64,000 nt of DNA. Source: Curvularia clavata. Its lineage: Eukaryota. The stretch covers positions 2,542,001-2,606,000 of the forward strand of contig CP089275.1 of the NCBI GenBank assembly GCA_023920165.1. Reading direction: 5' to 3'. Shown here piece by piece: positions 38,711 through 50,530 of the stretch. The notes under the pieces are model-generated. The model made no database searches. It saw only the letters and a program-made list of their open reading frames with translations, and had not been told where the DNA came from. Every line of letters starts with the position of its first letter. Within the stretch, counting starts at the first letter, position 1. The translations under genes and the position numbers were made by a program.

Positions 38711-40596
38711 ATGGAGCAGCTACCTACCGCCACGACAGAAAGAAAAGATGGGACAAGAGAAATAGGGCAGCGAGAAGAGATGGAACAGGGCGATCCAAGT
38801 GCGGGAGTAGTGACGAAAAGAAGCAAAGTGAGGGTCTTTGCCATCTTGACTGCGTTATTTGTAGGTCCCTTTTCGTTTCCTTTTGACTCTTGTATGTTAC
38901 TCTTCGACCTTGCAAACATGAACAGTTTTCCAGTTCAACAAGAGCAAAGTTCGGAGGAACCAACCCCTTTCCCTCCCGAAACACGACCACACAGAATATC
39001 ACTCTCTACATCTCACCCACCCCTACTAATCCCTTCAAGCTCTCCCTCTTCGTCTCTGCCCTCGACGCCACCATCATCGCTACAGCTGCGCCGACCATAT
39101 CCCGTGATCTCAATTCGGCTGCAGGCTACACGTGGATCGGAGGCGCGTACCTTCTCGCCAACGCGGCCTCTGGCCCCATCTGGGCCTCCTTATCCGACAT
39201 CTGGGGCCGCAAACTCATTATGCTAGCGGCGCTGGCCCTCTTCTTCGCCAGCTCGACTGTCTGCGCCGTCGCAAAGACGATGCACGAACTTATCATTGGC
39301 AGGGCGTTTCAAGGTGCCGCGGGCGGCGGGCTGATTCTGCTTGTGCACGTGTGCATCAGCGACCTGTTTAGCTTGCGGCAGCGAAGTCTGCTCATGGGGT
39401 TTACCGAGGGAATCTGGGCACTGGCGGGCGGCGTGGGGCCAGTTGTAGGTGGCTTGTTTGCCAGTTTTGTGACGTGGCGCTGGTGTTTCTACCTGAATCT
39501 TCCCATCAGCGGTATCGCGTCGCTGCTGATACTATTCTTCCTCGATATCCGGCACGAACACACGTCATTTGTCCAAGGGATCCGCGCAATCGACTGGCTG
39601 GGCATTCTCACTTTCCTAGCTTGTACGCTCCTGCTGCTGCTTGGCCTTGACTTCGGCGGCGTGCTGTTCCCCTGGTCGAGCCCGAAGATAATTGTCCTCT
39701 TAACTATTGGCGGCGCCATGATTTTCGTCTTTGTCTACAGCGAGGCCAGGATCGCAAAGTACCCGTTGATCCCCATGCCGCTGTTCAAAAGCATGACCAA
39801 CGTTGCAGTCCTCTCTGTTGTCTTCCTCCACGGCTTCGTCTTCATCGCCGCAGAATACTATATGCCGCTGTACTTTCAAGCGGTGCTCGAGGCCACTCCT
39901 TTACGCTCCGGTCTGCTACTCCTCCCCTTCATCGTCACGGGCGCTCTAGGCGGCGTAGCCTGCGGCGTCATCATGCATAGAACAGGCCAGTTCCGACCTA
40001 TAATGTGGGTTGGCACGCTCATACTTACTGTAGGCTTTGGCCTCTTCATTGCCTTCTCGGCCACGACTTCGACTGCCGTCGCCGTCGGCTTTCTCATCAT
40101 TGGTGGTCTGGGATCGGGCGTCCTCTTCGAAGCACCTCTCATTGCCATTCAGAGCCAGGTCGAGCAAGCCGATGTAGCCAGCGCGACCGCCACACTCACC
40201 TTCATCCGCAACATTGCCGTCGCAGTATCCACCATCGTGGGCGGAACCATTATCCAAAACTCCATGGATGCCCAGGCCTCGCTGCTGCGCGACGCTGGTG
40301 TCCCTCAGCACATCCAAGAGAAGCTCGATGGCGAGCACGCCCTCGCAAACGCCATGTTGCCCGCGACGCTGGCTAGCAGTAATCCGGCGTGGGAACTCGC
40401 TGCCAAGCAGGCATTTTCCTACGCCATGCGCAACATGTGGATCACGTACACGGTCCTGGCGTTTCTAAGCTTCGTCGCGAGTCTGTTTGTTGCTTCCGCG
40501 GTGCTGGGAACTGAGCATGTCGAGACTGTGACGGGGCTTAAAAAGAAGGAGAAGACGCCGACGCCGACGGAAAGCAACACGACAGCTAGCTCGTAG
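38711..40596 (+). CDS. MFS drug:H+ antiporter (DHA2, 14-TMS); intron 38861-39039
   Basis: Motifs LSLFVSALDATIIATA, SDIWGRK, GRAFQGAAGGG, WRWCFYLNLP, YYMPLYFQAV. Confidence 0.92.
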
Positions 40597-40774
40597 TCCC
40601 TATTATAAGTGGAAGATTTCCTGAAACAAAAAGTTTGGTTTGTCTAATGTTGATATTGCCCAGGGCTAAGAACAAAAGGTACTGGTTTTTGTCTGAATTC
40701 CCAGAGACCAAAATTTTGTAACTATGTACTTGTGTGTATCTAGGTAGAAAGAAAGATCAGTATCGACAGCATCC

Positions 40775-43700
40775 TTAATAAGGAATACCGTTTGTAATAA
40801 GCTGAAATCGATCATATGTCCCCGTCGAGTAACTCGACCTACTCTTCTCAATCAAGCCGCGCATATACTCGGCCGCCTCACGCTCACTCTTATCCAGCAC
40901 AAAGCGATCCCGAAAGTTACGCATCGACTCTGGCTTGAAGCACGGTAGCCCACTGTCAAGCATGACCTGAACCACGTGGCAAAGGTGCTCGCAATGCTGC
41001 CTGCTGGCGAGGAAGGCCTTGACGGTAAGCTCCTCGAACCAGCGGTACGCCTGTGAATTATACGGGTTTGCCGCGTTCTTGCCAGACATGACAGCAATCA
41101 TTTCGGCCGTGAGCTTAAACGGCGCACGCTCAAACTTGATCCCGCCGGGCGCAATGTCGAAGCAGAAGCCAAAATCGATGTGGATAATGTGGCCCGCGTC
41201 GTCAATCATAATGTTTCCGTTGTGCCGGTCCTTGAACTGGAGCAGGAAGCTGATGACTGAGTAGGCGGCCATGGATTTGACAAAGTTGGACCGCGCTTCC
41301 TGGTACCGGATCGAGTCTTCATTGCCGTACCGCGACACAAAGTAGTCGTCAAGCCGATTGACTGCTTCGCGACCGAGCATGTCGCGCGAGATGGAGTTGG
41401 GCAGCACGTCAATGACACCGCAGCCAGGCGCAGTAGCTGTAACGCGGTAAGGGAATACCCAGACATCTAGACCAACCGTGTTGAAGATGCCTCGGAAGGC
41501 GGCAATCATCTGAAGCGCGAGCACGTCTTGACGGCAATCGTCTCCTACTTTGAAAATGGCAGACAACCATGTCTCATAGCTATTGTCCTTCTTCTGCGAG
41601 ACGCTGCGGTCGTCCTCGTCGACTTCTTCCGACCCTTGATCATCAGGCCTGTTCTTCCTGATGCGGAACGTAGCCATGAACGGTGTCTTTGCATGACTCT
41701 GTAATGGTTTGCCAGACTTGCGGTCGATGCCAATGACTTGGCCGTCAGGGTTGGAAGGGAGATAGACGCCAACCTCCACCTTGATCTTGCGCAGTTCCTC
41801 CTCGATTTTCTGTTTCTTGACCTCTTTAGGCTCGTGCAAAACCGATCGTAAAGTACCCGAGATGCCAGTGACTTCGTTGAAAAACGCAAACTCGCGTTCG
41901 TAAAAGGCATGGTCTTCTGGCGAGAAACTTGATTCCAGGCTGGCCATGACCTTGTCGAGCGTGGGCTTGACGGGATCTGGAATCTCAGCAGCCTCGTCCT
42001 TGTATGCGTTGGCCTTCATGTTCCAGATGATTTGATGAGCAAAAAGCTGTGAGAACTTGGCCGTCTCGATAATGTATCGCTCAACGTAGCCCAAGACGTC
42101 GTATCGAAGCGTTTGCACAATCTGGTAGACGTAGAAGAACATGACATCTACTGAGTGGCTCTCTAGTGCCCTCATTGCGTACTGAATAATGAAGGGGTGG
42201 TTGCCGTAAGCTGGTAAAAAGTATGTAACAGCTGTAATGGGGTTTACTGGTGCCCAGTATAGCATGTACTTGGCAGAGTTAGCAAAAAGAAAAGTCCTAG
42301 AGACGACTTCGTACATACCTTGAGCTGGAAGGAAACATCGCCAGGCAGCGAGTTACCCAAAAGTACCTCTAGCGCATCTGGCTCGTCCAGAACCTTTTGT
42401 GGGAAATTGAGTACCTGCCACCTCACCTCATTGTTGAGACGCTGGGACTGGAAGCGTTTAATGAGATGAATGGCGATTCCAGGATGCTCAGCCCAGGCCG
42501 TCTTCAAATGAGCAGTCACAGCAGCCTGGCGGGGTTAGCGTACATAATTTCTTGAGAGGGAAGACTTACATCAGGGAGTGTATTGCCATGACGCCCAGAG
42601 GTAAAATGGTGCTTTTTGCCATCAAGAGGGAACAGCCACACCGTCAGGCGAGACTGTTCGTTCGAAACGAGCAGAGACAGTAGGTCTTGCTTTGCCTTGA
42701 GCTTTGCACCAATGTCAGAGGCAGTAGTGACCTTCCCAATAGCATCGATTTGCGCCTGAACATCAGCCAGGACATGAGTCTCGGCCTTGATCTGCAGTCT
42801 GTTGCCTCCGAAAGACCATTGAGGAGCCTTGGCAAACCATGCCAGAGCAGCAGTCAACACGCGGTCTGTCAAGCGCCACCTAATCTTGGGCGAAATCGTG
42901 GTACAATAGTGCGTAATACGCAGTCCAAGCAAGATGATATGGAAGTAAGACTCGCGGGCAAGAGGCTGCTCGCATCCCGCGCTCATTGCATCCAGCGTGA
43001 TATGCATCAGCCGAACATAGACGCGCTCGACATCCGACTTGCTCAGTCGCGATGCGTTAAAGTGGCTGGACAAGAATTGCAGCAGGCGGAAATGAGGTGC
43101 AATTAGATTGTACACATGCTGCTGTCGTTTCGACAGCGCCTCTTTGTCCGTAGCAGCAAACTCTTGCTTTCCGTAGAAAGGATCGGCGTGTTTCAATGCA
43201 GGGCTAAAGATACCACGACGCTTGCGCACCGTGTTCTCCCAGTTTTCAGCAATGGCAACTAGGATCCGGGACTCCATGCGAGGATTCTCCTTGGCAACGC
43301 TCGTCCATAGCGAGATACCAAGCTTGATGGACTGCTTCGAGAAGACTGCGAACGGTATGCCGACTAGATGTTGGACGATGGGCGACTGATCCGTCTTCAC
43401 GCGGCACAACAGCGCGGCGGCTTTCCGTAGTATGTCGCGTAGCTCTGCAATGGCGACATGCTTGTGTCCCATGGTGCGGGTTTCCAAATCCACCAAAAGG
43501 CTAGTTGCTTCATGCAGGCTGCGTGACAGATAATTAGACCTAGACTCAGAAGCGGGTGCACCCTTCAGCCATTCTTCCTCCTGATCTGTTACTCCATCTA
43601 GGAACTTGTACTCCTGCCTAGTAGTGTACTGAGTAATAAAGTCTGAAGCGGTGTTGATATTGATACCCTGGCGTTCCACAGCCCCGAGACGCTGGTCAGT

Positions 43701-46700
43701 AGACGGAACGACAGAGCCCATCTCGAGAGCAAAAGACCTTCCCAGAGAAATGTGACCAAATGTCATTTCATCATCAAACTCGGAGAGATATGACTGGAGA
43801 AGTCCTTTGACATCAAGAGGGGCAACATCGAGCGTTCCCTTGACCCAGGCAGTTGCGCGCTTGTGTAGCGCGTCGAGAGTGGCTCGTCGAAAAGCATAGT
43901 CATCCGACAGCTCGACAGCGATATTGGATCGTTTGGAGGTAAAGGTCGACTTCCAAGTGTACTCGTCCGTCTCTCCTTCGAGACAGCTGTACCACATCAT
44001 GGAGAGGAGTTCCAAGAGAGCAAACAGCGCACTCTTTTGGCATAAAGTCGATGGCACTTCACGAATGACAACATCTGCACAGGTAGCAGCCGCTTGCTGA
44101 ACGCGCGCAATGCGGTGACAGCATGCAGCGAACATGGTGGCTAGCTGCTTGGCCAAGTAAGGCGTCGAGAAGGTATGTGATTGACCCGACAATGTCTTTG
44201 TCAGGTACGTTCGAACTGCAGTCGTTGTGATGGCAGACATGCAGTTTCCGACTGCACCTGTTCGTAACTTGGGATCAAGGAAGTAGACGAGTGCCTTGGT
44301 GCAATCGCCTGTACTTGCTCGTAAATCCTCCACTAGGTATGCGGTACTTAGGAAAACAGCTTCCTGGTAGCTGAGCGACTTGGTATCTGCTTCACAAGAA
44401 GGAAGCAGCTTGCCCAGGCGTTTCTTCTGCTCGACAGTATGCTCGGGGGACTTGCCGCGACGCAGCACCGTGTTCAATTCGATGTCACTTTCTGAAAGGA
44501 AGGGGCGCTCTTCGGTAATCAATGGCTTGCTAAACCGCGCAAGCGTACGCAGCTCTTCGCGGTATTGTTTACCCAAGTCGGAGAGCAAGTCAAATCCATG
44601 GACGACAATGTTGAACCAAGCATCGCGCTGAAGACCGATGATGGAATCATCCAGCTCAGCATACTCGGGGCGTTCAGCATTTCTCTCGAGCAGAACCGCA
44701 AGCGGCTTCAGCAGCTGTGCAATTTCCTGTGCCGCAAGTTCCGTGTCGCGAAGATGACGATGGGATGTTTCCTGGGCGTCCCCCTTGCTGACAATGGTGT
44801 CCAGCAAATGCGTGAGGTAGATTTCAAAAGCAGGCTCGCCGACATGGATTTCCTTTGAGAGGTTGAGGCGCGCAGTCATGACCTAGACAAGACATTAGTT
44901 ATGACGAGGTAGCTGTCAAAGGAGGTTACTCACAGCGTCCAACTTCGCCGCATCATCAGATACCAGCGCATCATGCGACAGCTTCGTGTAAAGCTTAAGC
45001 AGGGATTTGAATTCTCCAGGCGGACTGTGTATACCAAGGAATGCTGAATCGGTAATGATTTTGGCATCCACCACCTTGCCCGAACGCCCAACCTTTTGCA
45101 CGAGCATTGACAGAGCAAGCGCAGTAATTTTTGGATCCTTGCAGTTCCTCGCAACTGACACAATAGTCTCAACTACCGTGGTATGCACATGGTGGGGCTC
45201 ATCTACGTCGCTTGGGGCTAGAGAGATTGCACTGCCATGCTGGTGGTTGTATACACCGTCTGTACGCGCGGTCTTACTGGCGGTGCCATTCAATGCGGGA
45301 GAGGCAGAGGCGTTTCGCTCAGAAGCAGGAGCCACACTAATGACGTTTCCAAGGCTATAGAGTGTTGTAATGATGACATCTTGAGGAAGCAGACTGAGAA
45401 CTGAAGCAAGAGATTCTGCTGCCACCGAAGTCGTCCGGTGATCAAAGTTGGCTTGAACAATAACCCGAGGCAGCGAGCGGCCCAAGGTTGATGCGAGTTG
45501 TGGGGAGACTTTGGCCAGAATATCCATGATTCTCAAAACAGTAGAAGCAAGCTCATGGTCCGCACTTTGTGCAGGGTCGTTGAGCACGTTGTCCAGCCAA
45601 GTGGTCAGGACTTCAGCATCAGTGATGTCCGTGTCGTTGTCGTACACAGTACAGCAGAGGTATGTCACGAGCACTTTTGCCTTGACTGAGGATGCCTGCT
45701 GCTGTTGCCAAGCTGATCCCACCCGCTGGAGATATTCGAGATCATTTTCCAGGCGCTCCATTTCCTCCGCGGCAATCTTGGCTAGTCCTTCGGCCAGCGC
45801 ATTTTCGGCTGCCGCTTTGATGTGCGGATGGTCTCTGCTATCTAGCCAACTCTGAAGGTGGCTGAGGACGGAATTCTGTGAAGCAAGATTTCTACTAACT
45901 CCAACAAGCTGGGAAGCCGAGGCAAGCACGAGCTTCAGAAATGAATCATGCAGGACCATGGCTCCAAGAGGCCGCCCAGTCGCAGCATAATGCTTGGTAT
46001 ATCGCTTCCACTCTCGCAGCTCGTGCTGGTGCGAATGCGCATTACGCACAATAGACAGGACAGTTTCAAATGCAATCAGGAACTTCTCCGTCAAGTTTGT
46101 CCGCACATTTTGAACAAGCTGTAGGATATCGTAGGCATTCCAGAAACCAACGTGCTCTGCAGAAGCACTCAGGAAGCCCAGAAGCGACAGACTATGCGTC
46201 ATGACCCGCGCCAGCTCGCCATCAGCGCCGAAGTCGTCTTTTCCATCGTCAATAAACTGCTGTTCTGACAGCTGGACAGCTGCTGTGGCCCATCCCGTAA
46301 GATAACCTTGTAGCGCAACGGCGGCTTGTGTTCGCAGCTCTTCATGCCGAAGGCCCAAGGAGAGAACGGCTGACGTGAGACTGTAGGTAAGGACTTCGTA
46401 AGGAGCGGGTTCGATGGTGCGTAGACTGGGCGACGGCGCAAAGGTCTGAGCGTAGGATGCGGTGAGGTAGGGGGACAGGCGAGCAAGCAGCTTTTCGGCA
46501 ACATCAAACGATGCGATATAGGGCGCGGACTTGCACAGAGCCAGGATGGCCTCGAGTTCTTGCAGCTTCATGGCATTGGATGCGTTTGAGAATCGCTTGA
46601 ACATCCTTGTGTAGTCGGAGCCAGTTGTCTCTGCCGACGACGACTGCGCCGACAGGCGGGCAAGCTTCTCGAGCGCATGGCTGCGAATGGTACGCCTGAT

Positions 46701-46757
46701 TATTTACAGATTAGCAGGTTGAAATTTCTTGGAAGTTCGACTGAGTGCTCACGCCAT
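40775..46757 (-). CDS. STT4: Phosphatidylinositol 4-kinase type III alpha, multi-exon (5-nt first coding exon ATGGC)
   Basis: PI4K catalytic domain FKVGDDCRQD, FKDRHNGNIM, HIDFGFCFDIAPGG..FERAPFKLT, ending NGIPY. Four large ORFs joined by GT-AG introns. Confidence 0.96.
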
Positions 46758-47159
46758 GTTTCATAAAGACTTGCGCGATGTTGAAGCGTAGGGCAGTAAT
46801 GAAGTGTCGCTGGACAGATAAGTGACGAAACTAAAGTCGGGGTCCGGAGCTGCCTGTGTTCTGATTGGACAAACCGCCCTTACCTATCCTACCAGCTCCA
46901 ACGTTCATTCTGGGCGCCAATGACTCGCGATATGAACAGCCGGTTTGCAAGGTGGGAAAATTGGTCATTATCATTGGCTCATCAGTGTAAAAGCAAGTAA
47001 CAAAGAAAAACATGATTGCATATACGCTGCAATGAGTCGGTGGCACCTTGGCAGCCTCATTGCCAAAACGCCTTCGCCAAATACATAGCATATCGAACCT
47101 AGAAAACACCAGCCAATGCATTCAATGTTCAACGCCAGAATAATAAAGACCTGCTGAAC

Positions 47160-49410
47160 TCAATCATCAGCAGGCTCAACCCTCACAAGCACCTCTTCCA
47201 GGAATCCTTCTAAGAATCCGGCTACCTCCCCGCCCATGCCGACTTCGCCCTTTTCGTCCCATTTATCCAGTTCGCTGAATTTTCCCTTGATCTCATTGAC
47301 AAGCCTGACCACTTTGTCGTGGCATTCCTGTCGCTGCCTTCTACGCTCAATAAAGCCTTGCGGATCATCTAACGACTGTGCAGACTCTTGTTTATTCCTG
47401 AGGTTGAGGTGGTACGTCCGTCGTGAGAGTGCAGCATCAAGCGCCGGGATGACGACTCCGCTGAGCGCCGTGATCTCTGCAGGCGCCGTTGGTGAGCTCG
47501 GTGTCTGAACTGGGCCGAAGTGATTTGTGTTAGGCTTCGGGCGGCCAAAAGACCCACGCGACATTGGCGAAGGTTTACTAGAATGCGGCGGAGGCGCTGG
47601 CGGTGTTGAGTCTGTGGCGTGTTGGGATTGTGGGTTCTTGTTGTGTCCATATGGAGTGCCAAAAGGATCGCTTGACGTCGCCGAGTCAGTACGCATGTTA
47701 GAACCTGGACTGATTGGTGCAAATGACTGCTGGGATGGCGGCAGCGGTTTCTGACCAGACAGAGCCGGTAGGTTTTGGGTTCGTATGGGACTTTGCAGCG
47801 GCTTTGGTAACTGACTGACGTGTGAGTTGCCTGTGGCTGGACTTGCCGACTGTCCTCGAAACGGTGGTATCTCAGGTATTGTCATCTGTGGAAGAACTGA
47901 GGCCCGGCTTGGTGTAGGCACTCGTTGCTGTGGAGAAGCAATATCCATATTCTTTAAATCCGCAGCTATTTCGCGTTGAATGAATTCATCAAAGGTGTGT
48001 TGCAATGGCGTTTGCCGTCTTGGTTGTTGAGGGGCCTGCGCTTTGGTTGGTGTAACCAAGCCCTTGTTTGATGATGGTGAAAACAGGCCGGGAACAGGTG
48101 ACTTTCGTGGAAAGTCTGAGGCGGGTGGCGGAAACAGTGGAGCGGTTTTCTTCTCTGGAGACGGTGGAAGCGGTATTCTCGCTGCAGTTCTCACCGAGGC
48201 TGCGGATGAGCCATTTGTCTGTAATGTGGATAATCGCTTCGTAGGAGAAGGGGGTTGGCTTTCTCGAATGGTATCGTCGTTTTCATCACCATAGCCATTC
48301 TTGGACTGTGCCATGGGCTTGCGCTGAGCATTTGCGCCAGCCTCGTTCATTGGGGCTAGAGCCGACCCCCGACCACCCCCGGCCGGCCGTACTGTGCCAA
48401 AGTCCCACAAGTCTTCATTCACCGGCTCCCTTCTCTTGACAGGTGTGGCCTCGTCATCGGAATCAAATGCTTCCTTTGGATGTCTGACCTTCCAGTCCTG
48501 GTATCTCGAAATGAGTTCTTGTAGACGCGCAGGCTTTCCAGCTTTGCGGATGAAATTTGTCTGAAGGAGTTGCTTTGCGCTTGGTCGCTCCCTAGGGTCT
48601 TTTCGAAGGCAGAGATCGACAAACTCCTTGAAAGCAGGCGTAAAATTGCCTTGCAATACTGGTGGTGGGTTTTTGGGGATGAGAAAGAGGACTTTCATGG
48701 GATGGATGTCGGCATAGGGGGGCTCGCCGTTAGCCAGTTCCAACGCTGTGATGCCGAGAGACCAAATGTCAGCCTTGCCGTCGTAACCGGACTGCTTGAT
48801 CACCTCGGGCGCCATCCAGAAAGGCGTGCCCACAAAGGTGTTTTTCTTCGTCATGGTCGCCGAAAGCTGCCCCGAGACTCCAAAGTCGGCAAGTTTGACC
48901 TGGCCATTTGCGCCAACCAGTATGTTTGCCGCTACAGATTGTTAGCAGATGTGGATAAGAGGGGCCGAGAGCAAGCTGTTGCGCCAACCTACCTTTGATG
49001 TCTCGATGCAGCTTGTTGTCGTCGTGCAGGTAACTAAGGCCCATGAGCAGCTCCTTCAAGATGACTGCGATTTCAGCCTCTGCTATGCTGCCAGGCTTCA
49101 TCAGGTCTGCGCAACTGCCGCCGGAGCAGAACTCCATGACGATCCACAGGTCGGAGCCGGCGAGATAGGAGCCGTAGTACTTTGTGACATAGGGCGAGTT
49201 CATGCCGGAGAGAATCATAATCTCACCCATGATGTCGTCGACCTCGTCCTCTGCGTTTTCGACGTCAATGACCTTGATAGCGACTGTGTGGCCGGTCCGC
49301 CGGTCGAGGCCTTTGTAGACCTTGCCAAAGCTGCCGCCGCCTATGCATTCTTGCTTGGTGTAGAGAGTGTTTGGGTCGACCGATTCATTGGCGCCTACTT
49401 CGGCCGCCAT
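47160..49410 (-). CDS. mst-1: STE20/GCK-III germinal centre kinase (MST-1/STK24-25-like), one intron about 48932-48992
   Basis: Motifs IGGGSFGKVYKG, LHRDIK|AAN, TMTKKNTFVGTPFWMAPEVI, HPMKVLFLIPK, WDFGTVR, and a C-terminal FLEGFLEEVL helix. Confidence 0.85.
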
Positions 49411-49794
49411 TGTGCTAAAGGGCGGCGCGGGTGGGATCGAGACGAGGCGGGAGCGGGTAAAGCGACAGACGTTGGGGGTGGTGGTGGTGCAGCGAAAGAG
49501 CGGTCACAGCGAAGCGACAGGACAGAGCTTCGAGGCCAGATGGAACAACAAACGTCGACGGCTCGCGAAGCGGGTTTTGGCGAGGCCGTCGCAGCGATTG
49601 CTGCCACAAGGGAGGAGGAGATGAGAGAGCGGGCGCGCGGTGTAAAGATGCGCCTGCGATGGGGAGGCCTTGTTTCGTAAACACGCAATTGCGAGGGCAA
49701 CGGCGGGGAAGTTGTTAGCGAGGGACGGGGAGAAGAGAGGAGAGGAGAGGATGGATGGATAGAAGGATAGCGAAGAGTGAGAAAGAAGGAGCGA

Positions 49795-49814
49795 AGAGAG
49801 AGAGAGAGAGAGAG
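49795..49814. repeat. (GA)n microsatellite
   Basis: About 10 perfect AG units upstream of the kinase. Confidence 0.9.
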
Positions 49815-50530
49815 ACAAGAGACGAGGCCGGGCGGCCTCTTGATCAAAGAGCCAAAACAATGGCCAACGAGATGCTAGGCCCGGGGGGTTTGCGTGGGTG
49901 CGGGCGGGTGTTTGTTATCCTCGCGCGCCGTCTGCCGTTGTCATGGAGGGGACATGCATGCGCGTGAGCAGGGATGATTGCTCCTCTACTACCATATTAC
50001 GCCGCCTTCATCCTGCAAAAGCAACCGGGCCAAACTCGTTCGTCTCTTCATCGCCCTCTCGTCTCCATGGTCGCATCGCATCGCATACCATGGCCAATGC
50101 CAGGCCTGCCTGTCGCGCCGTGTAGGTGCCATGCGTTTGATACAGCGGCCCATGGCACGGCGTGATTGGAGCACAATCGGTACCATCAACACGTCGAACC
50201 ACGCCCATGCCAACCACCATGATGGCAGCGATCCCACGTGACGTCATTGCTTCTTGCCCCAAGAGTAAACAATATACATTTCGTAAATACACTGCCTTTG
50301 CGCCAAGCCGAGGCCACACAGCCTGGCTCATCGTCCTGCTCTCTCGAAATTTGGGTATCCATATGTTGCGGCCGTCATCTCAAACCATGAAATCGTATCC
50401 GCCATGGTACACCCCGAACCATAGACAAGAACGAAAAACTCCAATCAACAACATGATCAACAAATAAAAGAAACTCCGTCAAGATGCCCAGGCCCGTCCC
50501 AGTTTTGCTTCATCCATTCATCCATCCATC

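Noticed and set aside
38861..39039. Long MFS intron with internal GTATGT and AG, considered as a nested (stwin) intron
   Set aside because: The internal sites do not interrupt the outer splice signals; a single intron explains the frame.
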